From Octopus vulgaris (Eukaryota): 64,000 nt of DNA. The notes under the pieces were generated by a model. It saw nothing but the letters and a program-made list of their open reading frames with translations, was not told where the DNA came from and ran no database searches. The translations under genes and the position numbers were made by a program. Numbering within the stretch: position 1 is the first letter of the stretch; each line of letters starts with the position of its first letter. The DNA is taken from the NCBI GenBank assembly GCA_951406725.2, contig OX597830.1:65348001-65412000 (forward strand), in the 5' to 3' direction. This document shows positions 13,359 through 26,610 of the stretch, in pieces.

Positions 13359-13696
13359 TGTTGTAGTGAAAATGGTAATCCCCTTTCCACGCAACAAAGT
13401 GGTATGACCCAGCCACTATAAAGTCAAACTGTCAGTCGTTGTAGGAAAGCCAGTAGTAGTAGAGTCGTTGTACGAGTTCTCAGTGGGAATCAATGTCAGG
13501 GACGTGATATATACGAGTTCGAGTTACCGTCAAAGTAGACGCTTCAAACTCATTGCCTTGTGGAGCTGTCAGCGATAGCACAATAGACGAGTCAAAGATA
13601 ATAAGATGAGGAATACCTTCACAACGTAATAGTGGTGACCAGAATATTACAGTGCCGACAATAACATACAAGTGGACGAGGATCCACATTATAACA
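13359..13696. mobile_element. Possible solo LTR
   Basis: TGTTGTAGTG...CATTATAACA imperfect terminal inverted repeat (TG...CA); internal TATAAA; TSD only 4/5. Confidence 0.35.
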
Positions 13697-13785
13697 ATAT
13701 GCTTTTCTTTATCTTTAATGAAGCTATCTATCTCTCTATCTATCATTATATCCATCTATCTATCTATCTATCTATCATTCTATCC

Positions 13786-13858
<73 letters not shown>

Positions 13859-13862
13859 CCTG

Positions 13863-13893
<31 letters not shown>

Positions 13894-14026
13894 GCCTGTC
13901 TGTCTATCCATCTATCTCTTTCTTTCTCTCTTCTCCCTCTCTCTCCTCTTCTCTTCTCCCTCTCTCTCCTCTCCTCTTCTCCTCTCCTCTTCTCCTCTCT
14001 CTCTTCTCCTCTCTCTCTCATTCATT

Positions 14027-14057
<31 letters not shown>

Positions 14058-14239
14058 GCAGATGAGGAATGATGTACATTATTTACATTATTTACATTTG
14101 ACGGATATTTCTCCTCATCTTGTTTGTTGTTAACACAACGTTTCGGCTGATATACCCTCCAGCCTTCATCAGGTATCTTGGGGAAAATTCGAACCTGGGT
14201 TCTCATTCCTAAGGTATTTTTCCATGCCATTATGCCCAC

Positions 14240-14312
14240 GGGCATATGGCGTCGTGATTAAGAGCGCGGGCAACTAACCTCAAGATTCAGAGTTCGAGTC
14301 CAGGGAGTGACC
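14240..14312 (+). promoter_or_regulatory. tRNA-like internal Pol III promoter (A and B boxes)
   Basis: A-box-like tggcgtcgtgatt; B box gagttcgagtcc at tRNA spacing. Confidence 0.6.
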
Positions 14313-14374
14313 TGAATAATAATAACATCGAAAAATACCTTAGGAATGAGAACCCAGGTTCGAAATTTCCCCAA

Positions 14375-14420
14375 GACACCTGATGAAGGCTGGAGGGTAT
14401 ATCAGCCGAAACGTTGTGTT
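14375..14420 (+). ncRNA. Minimal type-I hammerhead ribozyme (mirror copy at 14132-14177 on -)
   Basis: gacac CTGATGA a ggctg gagggtatat cagcc GAAAC GTT gtgtt; palindromic AACGTT stem III. Confidence 0.8.
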
Positions 14421-15164
14421 AACAACAAACAAGACGACGACAAATATCCGTCAAATGTAAATAATGTAAATAATGTAAGAAATCCTCAGTAGATATGGTG
14501 GTATATTTTACACGACACTCAGCTGTTCATACACAGTTTTCGAAAGTGTAATTAATTCTACAACAATCAATATTTTAACAATTAGAATCCACATATGACA
14601 ACCCAGAGAAAACCCTTACGATTCAGTAAGTATTCCTAGAAGTTAACCGAGCCCCTTTCAAAGTAGCAGGGCACTTGGTCCCTAATATCAAGACTTCAGT
14701 AACTAATGCTCCTATTCTTAAACAGCGATTCCAAACACATCACGATGATAATGATCACATGCAAATTCCGATGATGAACCAATTAGAAATACCAGCCAAC
14801 TTCCTTCGAGTCATATGATACCATATTAAAAAAGGAAACACATTCAGCAATGAAATAATTGCTACGACATTAAACCATATAGACGAACTGGTCATCTCTG
14901 GAGCGTCAGAGATAAACGAAAACAATTGCTGTGATCAGAGGAAATAATTTTGTTGGAGTCATCCGCAACAGGACTTTCTGAGATTTTCTTTTTTTTTTTT
15001 TTTTGACTAATGATAAAAAGTCATTGTGCAAATATTGTTATTTTGACGAATTATCAATTGCGTGATCATTTCATTGAAATAGGTAAAAAATATCCTACAC
15101 CAACAACATTGAGATCTATAAATAGTAGCGAAAACGTTTAGTTTGGTATACAACAAGAGATATT

Positions 15165-15927
15165 CTTTTCTACTCTAGGCACAAGGCAGGAAATTTTGGG
15201 GGAGGGGCCAGTCGATTAGATCGATCCTAGTACGCTACTGGTACTTAATTTATCGACCCCGAAAAGATGAAAGGTAAAGTCGACCTCGAAGGAATTTGAA
15301 CTCAGAACGTAAAGACAGACGAAATACCTATTTCTTTACTACTCACAAGGGGCTAAACACAGAGAGGACAAACAAGGACAGACAAACGGATTAAGTCGAT
15401 TATATCGACCCCAGTGTGTAACTGGTACTTATTTAATCGACCCCGAAAGGATGAAAGGTAAAGTCGACCTCGGCGGAATTTGAACTCAGAACGTAAAGAC
15501 AGACGAAATACCTATTTCTTTACTACTCACAAGGGGCTAAACACAGAGAGGACAAACAAGGACAGACAAACGGATTAAGTCGATTATATCGACCCCAGTG
15601 TGTAACTGGTACTTATTTAATCGACCCCGAAAGGATGAAAGGCAAAGTCAACCTCGGCGGAATTTGAACTCAGAACGTAGCGGCAGACGAAATACCCATT
15701 TCTTTACTACTCACAAGGGGCTAAACACAGAGGGGACAAACAAGGACAGACAAACGGATTAAGTTGATTATATCGACCCCAGTGCATAACTGGTACTTAT
15801 TTATTCGACCCCGAAAGGATGAAAGGTAAAGTCGACCTCCGCGGAATTTGAACTCAGAATGTAGCGGCAGGCGAAATACTGCTGAGCATTTCGCCCGGCG
15901 TGCTAACGATTCTGCCAGCTCCCCACC
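15165..15927 (-). mobile_element. SINE family B with about 4 tandem internal units
   Basis: One head, one tail; TSD caacaagagatatt / caacgagagatatt. Confidence 0.9.
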
Positions 15928-16413
15928 TTATCCAACGAGAGATATTATCTAAGTTCTGTGTAAGTGTAGGATCCCAGGCTCGATTTCCAGGTCCGTTCAG
16001 TAATAAAGAATAGCCTGCATCTATTTGTGAGGGCAGATAAAACATGCCACGATGACTAAAATTAGAGTTGTGTGGTGGCACCAATACTATTCTCTTCTCT
16101 CCGTTTACTCTTTCTATATGCATTTCCATTTTTTTTATTGGTTTGTTCTGTAGGAAAAGACTATACCAGTAGTCTTCGTAAACCTTTCAAGACCTATATA
16201 ACGTTATTCTTCAAGAAAAAAACCTTTCGAGATTTCATGATACAATGCATAGAATACCGATTTGAAGGTCTGCCTCACTGAGAATGAAATCTTAAGATTT
16301 AGCAAACTCCGACGAAAACATTATTTAGAAATAATCCCTTACACAAATCAGGATCTAGTTTAACAAGCTGTAGATATGGCAGCCCAGTAAACCGTCTGTT
16401 AGATTTCCTTTGC

Positions 16414-17138
16414 ATCTTTACCTTTTGACAGGCAGATTTAAAAGATAATTTTTTGTAACTAAACACTTTCAATCTTCGTATACTTGTAGAATGTGTCACA
16501 TAAAACATCTTTTACTCTTGGCGTTGTTGAGAAAATTCTGTATTTTGGAAGTTATATTTTGTTAAAGTTGTCGTATTTCGGTAATTTCAACCAATCAATG
16601 ACGCGTATTCAGCTGAATTAAATTACTGCCGTTGTTTGTCAACAACAACTATCGGCGGTGTATATTTCGTTTGTCACTGTTATTTATGACATCGTTCGTG
16701 TGTTTGTACTGGTTTTATCTTTAAGGTTTTAGGGTTAGGGTTAAGGTTTTAGGGTTAGGGTTAGGGTTAGGGTTGGTGTTTTAGGATTAGAGGTACGGAA
16801 AAAATTTTTAATGAAGCACGACCGATTATAGTGGTGCCATGAAGTAAACATGCTTCAATTCATACAAACGTAACTGAGATGAAATATGTCATAAATAACA
16901 GTGACAGACGAAATATACACCGCCGGAAGTTGTTGTTGACAAACAACAGCAGTAATGTTATTCAGCTGAATACACCTCATTGATTGGTTGAAATTACCGA
17001 AATACGACAACTTTAACAAAAAATAACTTCCAAAATACAGAATTTTCTCAGCAACGCCAAGAGTAAAAGATGTTTTACGAAGTTTGAAAGTGTTTAGTTA
17101 CAAAATATTATTAAATCAGTCGGTCAAAAGGTAAAGAT
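16414..17138. mobile_element. MITE with about 275-bp terminal inverted repeats and internal (TTAGGG)n
   Basis: ATCTTTACCTTTTGAC...GTCAAAAGGTAAAGAT; TTAGGG-like repeats at 16721-16775. Confidence 0.8.
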
Positions 17139-17385
17139 TCTTTCTTTTTACTAAGCTAAACATTTCAATTCATGTAAAAATTGAAGAGTAGTATGTCTTT
17201 TGACTTCCACCTTTGTTCAACTCTTTTTGAGAAAATAGCATTTGTTGCCTTGCTAGTCAATCCCTTAAAAGGCTAAACTAGATCCACTGTAAATCATTAA
17301 AAAAAAATTGTGGCTGTGTGGTAAGAAGCTTGCTTTCCAACTACATGGTTCTGGGTTCAGTCCCACTGCGTGGCACCTTACGCAA

Positions 17386-18187
<802 letters not shown>

Positions 18188-18346
18188 TTGTATACTGTCA
18201 ACTTAACGTGACAGTCCCATAGAGGGAATTACACCACCGCTATTTAGCCCTAGGAAGAATCAACACTTTCTGTCGGCCTTGACATATTTCCTATGTTCTT
18301 ATATTTACGAAGGGGAGACAAGCACCCCCAACAGCTAGGCTCGCAA

Positions 18347-18386
18347 CCAGAGACATGTTTCTGAGTCTTGCTCGTCATCAGTCTGG
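18347..18386 (-). ncRNA. Minimal type-I hammerhead ribozyme in a roughly 205-bp microsatellite-flanked element (18185-18392)
   Basis: Minus strand: ccaga CTGATGA c gag caaga ctc a GAAAC at GTC tctgg; 5-bp stem I, GUC site. Confidence 0.8.
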
Positions 18387-18402
18387 AGTAGCATATATAT
18401 AC

Positions 18403-18486
<84 letters not shown>

Positions 18487-18585
18487 CTGTGCGTGTGTCT
18501 GTGTTTGTCCCTACCACTACCATCGCTTGTGGTGTGTTTATGACCTCCTCGTAACATAGCGGTTCAACAAAAGAGACCGTCAGAA

Positions 18586-19309
18586 AATGCGCAGATATGA
18601 AATTTGCTCGTTGCTTCTTCTCTGATACCAGACCGATCCATTTCTCGATAGTATTGTAACTTGCGATGAAAAGTGGATCCTGTACAATAGTAAAAAAACG
18701 TTCTTCGCAGTGGTTGGACCAACATGAAGCACTGGAGACCTTCTCTAAACCCGAGTCCCTTCACAAAGAAGGTTATGGTGACTGTTTGGTGGTGTACTGC
18801 TGGACTCATCCATTGTAAATTCTTAAAACCCGGAAAAATCATTACTGCAGAAACATATTGCCATGAAATTGCCAAAAATGAACGAAAAAGTGCTACTCCC
18901 CCGTCCCAGACTGGTCAACAAAAGCGGACCAATCATTCATCATGGGAATGCTCGACCACACGTTTCACTAATGACGCTCCAGAAGTTGAGGGAACTTGGC
19001 TACGAAGTTCTTCCCCATCCAACTTATTCCCCAGACCTTTTTCCTACCGACTACCATTCTTTCAAGCACCTTGATGGTTTCCTGCGAGAGGCGTTCAGAA
19101 ATCAAACCGATGCTGCAAGTGCGTTCAAAGAGTTCAGCTCCAGAAAATCAGATTTTTATATTACCAGAACAGACAATCTTGTAACTCGTTGGCAAAAATG
19201 TGTTGATTGTAATGGTGCTTATTTTGATGAATAAAATTTCCGTATTTTTGAAATATATTGTGATGAATTTCATGTTTCAAAACGTTGCTTACTTTTTACT
19301 CAGCCTGAT
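18586..19309 (+). mobile_element. Decayed mariner transposon, 3' half
   Basis: KKVMVTVWW, HHGNARPH, HPTYSPDLFPTDYHSF, RWQKCVDCNGAYFD; TIR-like end ttactttttactcagcctgat. Confidence 0.9.
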
Positions 19310-19646
19310 GTAAAGGGTTATTTCATTGTTTCATGACTCGAAGCTAACTAATATTGGGAAAATACGGTGCCTTCGTCTACCATACTGGATACATGCAAAC
19401 TGATAAGTCTTCTATGTGGCACTTCGATTTGCTGAAAACAGCAGCCAAATATGAACAGGTAATACGTACCTTTTAAAAATGAAGTAAACTTTGGAAATTG
19501 TCGTCCTCGATATACATGTACCAGAAGGTTCAGTTAAGGCGGAAATGCGTTTATTCATAGCTCTACTCGACAAGGGTTGAACGTGGGAGCAAAACAAGGT
19601 GTACACTGGAGTTAGGACCTGTTTAGGATCTGTATATGATTGTTAA

Positions 19647-19895
19647 GTGGAGGCGCGTGGTTTAGTGGTTAGTGTATCAGCATCCTGATCGTAAGATTGT
19701 GGTTTCGATTCCTGGACCGGGCGACGCGTTGTGTTCTTGAGCAAAACACTTCCTTTCACGTTGCTCCAGTCTACTCAACTGGCAAAACTGAGTAACGCTG
19801 CGATGTACTGGCGTCCCGTCCAGCTGGGGAACACATACGCCATTGAAACCGGGGAAACCGGGCCCATGAGACTGGCTAGTCTTTAAAGGGGCGCA
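19647..19895 (+). mobile_element. SINE family D
   Basis: Matches 3385-3640. Confidence 0.85.
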
Positions 19896-20371
19896 TTTAT
19901 TATTTTATTATATGATTGTTAAAAAAAATCGATAAAGCTGAAGCAGTTACTTTCTGAATTCTCAACCAGGAACTAAAACTGTAGCCTAAATATTTCTGCT
20001 AGCTTCTTTCTCTTATTCTATCGAAATGCACTCGGAGATTTACGAGGGCCGGCTGTCATACTACTTCATTCAACACAGATAAGCCTATTCCATTTCCTTA
20101 ACACATGAGGTGAAATTTAGTTCAACGCAGATAAATCCGTTCACTTTCTTCTCCCGATCTTCTCTCCGCTTTCGAACTCTTTCCGAGTATTTTTTAGGCA
20201 GTTCCTTTTTCATTCTTTGACGTTGCAAGTCTATCTCTGTCTAACATCTACATCTGATACAAACATTACTTCAACAGTTACGCGAGTCTCATTGTTATTC
20301 TCATCTCCTTACCGGTGTAAAACAGCCAACTGCTACATACTCTGTACACTGTTCATGACGAGAAGAATTGT

Positions 20372-23300
20372 TCTTTTGTTTTTTTCTTTTCTGCTGTAAG
20401 CACAAGGCCTGAAATTTTGAAGGAGGGGGACTAGTCGGTTACATCGACCCCAGTATGTAACTGGTACTTAATTTATAGACCCCGAAAGGATGAAAGGCGA
20501 AGTCGACCTCGGCGGAATTTGAGCTTAGAACGTAAAGACAGACGAAATATCTGTTTCTTTGTTACCCACAAGGGGCTAAACATAGAGGGAACAAACAAGG
20601 ACAGGCAAACGGATTAAGTCGATTACATCGACCCCAGTGCGTAACTGGTACTTAATTTATAGACCCTGAAAGGATGAAAGGCGAAGTCGACCTCGGCGGA
20701 ATTTGAGCTTAGAACGTAGCGGCAGACGAAATATCTGCTTCTTTGTTACCCACAAAGGGCTAAACATAGAGGGAACAAACAAGGACAGGCAAACGGATTA
20801 AGTCGATTACATCGACACCAGTGCGTAACTGGTACTTAATTTATCGACCCCGAAAGGATGAAAGGCGAAGTCGACCTCGGCGGAATTTGAGCTTAGAACG
20901 TAGCGGCAGACGAAATATCTGCTTCTTTGTTACCCACAAGGGGCTAAACATAGAGGGAACAAACAAGGACAGACAAACGGATTAAGTCGATCACATCGAC
21001 CCCAGTGCATAACTGGTACTTAATTTATCGACCCCGAAAGGATGAAAGGCGAAGTCGACCTCGGCGGAATTTGAGCTTAGAACGTAACGGCAGACGAAAT
21101 ATCTGCTTCTTTGTTACCCACAAGGGGCAAAACATAGAGGGAACAAACAAGGACAGGCAAACGGATTAAGTCGATTACATCGACCCCAGTGCGTAACTGG
21201 TACTTAATTTATCGACCCCGAAAGGATGAAAGGCGAAGTCGACCTCGGCGGAATTTGAGCTTAGAACGTAACGGCAGACGAAATATCTGCTTCTTTGTTA
21301 CCCACAAGGGGCTAAACATAGAGGGAACAAACAAGGACAGGCAAACGGATTAAGTCGATTACATCGACCCCAGTGCGTAACTGGTACTTAATTTATCGAC
21401 CCCCGAAAGGATGAAAGGCGAAGTCGACCTCGGCGGAATTTGAGCTTAGAACGTAAAGACAGACGAAATATCTGCTTCTTTGTTACCCACAAAGGGCTAA
21501 ACATAGAGGGAACAAACAAGAACAGGCAAACGGATTAAGTCGATTACATCGACACCAGTGCGTAACTGGTACTTAATTTATCGACCCCGAAAGGATGAAA
21601 GGCGAAGTCGACCTCGGCGGAATTTGAGCTTAGAACGTAGCGGCAGACGAAATATCTGCTTCTTTGTTACCCACAAAGGGCTAAACATAGAGGGAACAAA
21701 CAAGGACAGGCAAACGGATTAAGTCGATTACATCGACACCAGTGCGTAACTGGTACTTAATTTATCGACCCCGAAAGGATGAAAGGCGAAGTCGACCTCG
21801 GCGGAATTTGAGCTTAGAACGTAGCGGCAGACGAAATATCTGCTTCTTTGTTACCCACAAAGGGCTAAACATAGAGGGAACAAACAAGGACAGGCAAACG
21901 GATTAAGTCGATTACATCGACACCAGTGCGTAACTGGTACTTAATTTATAGACCCCGAAAGGATGAAAGGCGAAGTCGACCTCGGCGGAATTTGAGCTTA
22001 GAACGTAGCGGCAGACGAAATATCTGCTTCTTTGTTACACACAAAGGGCTAAACATAGAGGGAACAAACAAGGACAGGCAAACGGATTAAGTCGATTACA
22101 TCGACCCCAGTGCGTAACTGGTACTTAATTTATAGACCCCGAAAGGATGAAAGGCGAAGTCGACCTCGGCGGAATTTGAGCTTAGAACGTAGCGGCAGAC
22201 GAAATATCTGCTTCTTTGTTACCCACAAAGGGCTAAACATAGAGGGAACAAACAAGGACAGGCAAACGGATTAAGTCGATTACATCGACACCAGTGCGTA
22301 ACTGGTACTTAATTTATCGACCCCGAAAGGATGAAAGGCGAAGTCGACCTCGGCGGAATTTGAGCTTAGAACGTAGCGGCAGACGAAATATCTGCTTCTT
22401 TGTTACCCACAAAGGGCTAAACATAGAGGGAACAAACAAGGACAGGCAAACGGATTAAGTCGATTACATCGACCCCAGTGCGTAACTGGTACTTAATTTA
22501 TCGACCCCGAAAGGATGAAAGGCGAAGTCGACCTCGGCGGAATTTGAGCTTAGAACGTAAAGACAGACGAAATATCTGCTTCTTTGTTACCCACAAGGGG
22601 CTAAACATAGAGGGAACAAACAAGAACAGGCAAACGGATTAAGTCGATTACATCGACCCCAGTGCGTATCTGGTACTTAATTTATCGACCCCGAAAGGAT
22701 GAAAGGCGAAGTCGACCTCGGCGGAATTTGAGCTTAGAACGTAACGGCAGACGAAATATCTGCTTCTTTGTTACCCACAAGGGGCTAAACATAGAGGGAA
22801 CAAACAAGGACAGGCAAACGGATTAAGTCGATTACATCGACCCCAGTGCGTCACTTGTACTTAATTTATAGACCCTGAAAGGATGAAAGGCGAAGTCGAC
22901 CTCGGCGGAATTTGAGCTTAGAACGTAGCGGCAGACGATATATCTGTTTCTTTGTTACCCACAAGGGGCTAAACATAGAGGGAACAAACAAGGACAGGCA
23001 AACGGATTAAGTCGATTACATCGACCCCAGTGCGTAACTGCTACTTATTTCATCGACGCCGAAGGGATGAAAGGCGAAGTCGACCTCGGCGGAATTTGAA
23101 CTCAGAACGTAGCGGCAGACGAAATATCTGCTTCTTTGTTACCCACAAGGGGCTAAACATAGAGGGAACAAACAAGGACAGACAAACGGATTAAGTCGAT
23201 CACATCGACCCCAGTGCGTCACTTGTACTTAATTTATCGACCCTGAAAGGATGAAAGGCGAAGTCGACCTCGGCGGAATTTGAGCTTAGAACGTAACGGC

Positions 23301-24649
23301 AGACGAAATATCTGCTTCTTTGTTACCCACAAGGGGCTAAACATAGAGGGAACAAACAAGGACAGGCAAACGGATTAAGTCGATTACATCGACCCCAGTG
23401 CGTAACTGGTACTTAATTTATCGACCCCGAAAGGATGAAAGGCGAAGTCGACCTCGGCGGAATTTGAGCTTAGAACGTAAAGACAGACGAAATATCTGCT
23501 TCTTTGTTACCCACAAGGGGCTAAACATAGAGGGAACAAACAAGAACAGGCAAACGGATTAAGTCGATTACATCGACCCCAGTGCGTATCTGGTACTTAA
23601 TTTCTAGACCCCGAAAGGATGAAAGGCAAAGTCGACCTCGGCGGAATTTGAGCTTAGAACGTAGGGGCAGACGAAATATCTGTTTCTTTGTTACCCACAA
23701 GGGGCTAAACATAGAGGGAACAAACAAGGACAGGCAAACGGATTAAGTCGATTACATCGACCCCAGTGCGTCACTTGTACTTAATTTATAGACCCTGAAA
23801 GGATGAAAGGCGAAGTCGACCTCGGCGGAATTTGAGCTTAGAACGTAGCGGCAGACGATATATCTGTTTCTTTGTTACCCACAAGGGGCTAAACATAGAG
23901 GGAACAAACAAGGACAGACAAACGGATTAAGTCGATCACATCGACCCCAGTGCGTCACTTGTACTTAATTTATAGACCCTGAAAGGATGAAAGGCGAAGT
24001 CGACCTCGGCGGAATTTGAGCTTAGAACGTAACGGCAGACGAAATATCTGCTTCTTTGTTACCCACAAGGGGCTAAACATAGAGGGAACAAACAAGGACA
24101 GGCAAACGGATTAAGTCGATTACATCGACCCCAGTGCGTAACTGGTACTTAATTTATAGACCCCGAAAGGATGAAAGGCAAAGTCGACCTCGGCGGAATT
24201 TGAGCTTAGAACGTAGGGGCAGACGAAATATCTGTTTCTTTGTTACCCACAAGGGGCTAAACATAGAGGGAACAAACAAGGACAGGCAAACGGATTAAGT
24301 CGATTACATCGACCCCAGTGCGTAACTGGTACTTAATTTATAGACCCCCGAAAGGATGAAAGGCAAAGTCGACCTCGGCGGAATTTGAGCTTAGAACGTA
24401 GGGGCAGACGAAATATCTGTTTCTTTGTTACCCACAAGGGGCTAAACATAGAGGGAACAAACAAGGACAGGCAAACGGATTAAGTCGATTACATCGACCC
24501 CAGTGCGTAACTGGTACTTAATTTATAGACCCCGAAAGGATGAAAGGCAAAGTCGACCTCGGCGGAATTTGAACTCAGAACGTAACGGCAGACGAAATAT
24601 CGCTTAGCATTTCACCCGGCGTGCTCACGATTCTGCCAGCTCGCCGCCC
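20372..24649 (-). repeat. SINE family B copy expanded into about 23 tandem 184-bp units
   Basis: gaaatatctg recurs every 184 bp (e.g. 22201, 22385); single head at 24649; 14-bp TSD at 20358-20371 and 24653-24666. Confidence 0.95.
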
Positions 24650-25330
24650 TTAACGAGACGAATTGTGACTGATAAATATACTTTGTAAAAAAAAAAGTTG
24701 CTTTTCCCTTTTGTTTGTTTATATTGGTGCATATCTCACTGTCCCGTGAAGTTTTCACTCACTATTATCATTTCTTATCACCAGTGCATCCGTTACAAGG
24801 TAATTTGGGAGTTAAATCTAAAACCAAGCGCGCATATATAAATCGTATCTTTCTCATGTATGACTCTAAGACACAGGATTGCTAACAGGGGAAGAACAGA
24901 ATGCCAAATTCCTTCCAAATTAATATAATCCGAAATATCACTAAGCAGATGTTCTTTTGAGGAGCAGCTTAGCAGCCTTGCATTTTTTGGTTATGAAGAA
25001 GTGTCGACCTTGCAGCAACGATTACATAATCTACAACCCCTTGCTCTTTAGCCCTTATCACCTCTCCCCCAACATTTCTCTCTCTCCTCCTCCTCCTCCG
25101 TCTCCTCTCCCTAAGAAGTAGGTCACGTTTCCAGAATACGTTTGCTCGTCAGTTGTCATTGGTAGAGTTAAAGATCCTTCAGGTAAAAATTTCTACAATT
25201 TAGAACTTTCAGGGACATCACTAAATAATGCAACATATTCATGTACGAGTCAAAGATGGAGACTTCTACTGATCACTCAATTTACTGGAAATAGTAGCTA
25301 TATCCCCCTTAATTTACACCCTACTATATT

Positions 25331-25931
25331 CTTTTCTACTCTAGGTACAAGAGGGGAGGGGGCAGTCGATAAGATCGACCCCAGTACACAACTGGTACTT
25401 AATTTATCGACCCCGAAAGGATGAAAAGCAAAGTCGACCTCGAGGGAATTTGCTTTGAGCACGTAAAGACAGACGAAATACATATTTCTTTATTACCCAC
25501 AAGGGGCTAAACACAGAGGGGACAAACAAGGACAGACATAGGTACTAAGTCGATTACATCGACCCCAGTGCATAACTGGTACTTAATTTATCGACCCCGA
25601 AAGGAGGAAAAGCAAAGTCGACCTCGAGGGAATTTGCACTGAGCACGTAAAGACAGACGAAATACCTTTAAGCATTTCGCCCGGCGTGCTAATGTTTCTT
25701 ATTTCTTTATTACCCACAAGGGGCTAAACATAGAGGGGGCAAACAAGGACAGACAAAGGAATTAAGTCGATTACATCGACCCCAGTGCGTAACTGGTACT
25801 TAATTTATGAATCTCCGAAAGGATGAAAGGCAAAGTCGACCTCCGCGGAATTTGAACTCAGAACATATAGACAGACAAAAAACTGCTAAGCATTTCGCCC
25901 GGCGTGCTACCGTTTCTGCCAGCTCGCCACC
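25331..25931 (-). mobile_element. SINE family B with about 3 units
   Basis: TSD acaccctactatatt / acactctactatatt. Confidence 0.85.
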
Positions 25932-25964
25932 TTAACACTCTACTATATTAAAAAGAACACATTT

Positions 25965-26020
<56 letters not shown>

Positions 26021-26140
26021 CTCGAAACGTCAAAAACTTTTTTATCTTTTTACCGAGCATCAAACTAAAACATTCTATGCGTACGTCCCCTTGTTCTTTG
26101 CTGTTTTTGATGTTCGATTTTTTGATTTGACTGCTGTTGC

Positions 26141-26480
26141 TGAGACCCCGTTCGGTCATGACACTGACCATGGGATTGCACCTAGAAAGTTACCCTCCCA
26201 GACACAAGTCCAGGCAAGGTTGTTTATGGAAGACCAGCAGTCGCCCATGCAGACCGGCGTCCCTTCTCCACGCCACCAGTGTTATCCAAGGGAAAGGCAA
26301 AGGGGCCGATACAGCTTGGCATCTGTGACGTCGCAACTCATTTCTACAGCTGAGTGAATTGTAGCAACGTGAAATAAAGTGTCTTGCTCAAGAACAAAAC
26401 ACGCAGCCCGACCCGGGATTCGAACTCACAACCTCACGATCGTAAGCTCGACGCTCTAACCACTGGGCCATGTGTCTTCA
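26141..26480 (-). mobile_element. CORE-like SINE family E
   Basis: Reverse complement of 28456-28797. Confidence 0.85.
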
Positions 26481-26496
26481 CTTCGATTTAACTATG

Positions 26497-26528
<32 letters not shown>

Positions 26529-26532
26529 CACA

Positions 26533-26610
<78 letters not shown>

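Larger units (their letters stand above)
14075..14477 (+). mobile_element. tRNA-headed, hammerhead-containing element with a 5' inverted copy of its 3' part
   Basis: 14075-14226 is the reverse complement of 14326-14477; tRNA-like head at 14240-14312. Confidence 0.75.

Noticed and set aside
16721-16775. True telomere or chromosome fusion site
   Set aside because: Short, degenerate, single orientation and inside a MITE
20372-24649. CRISPR-like array
   Set aside because: Units are near-identical over the whole 184 bp with no unique spacers; SINE-derived, eukaryotic context, no cas genes
25118-25158. Hammerhead-like CTGACGA...GAAAC on the minus strand
   Set aside because: GUG at the cleavage position, weak stem II and no stem I
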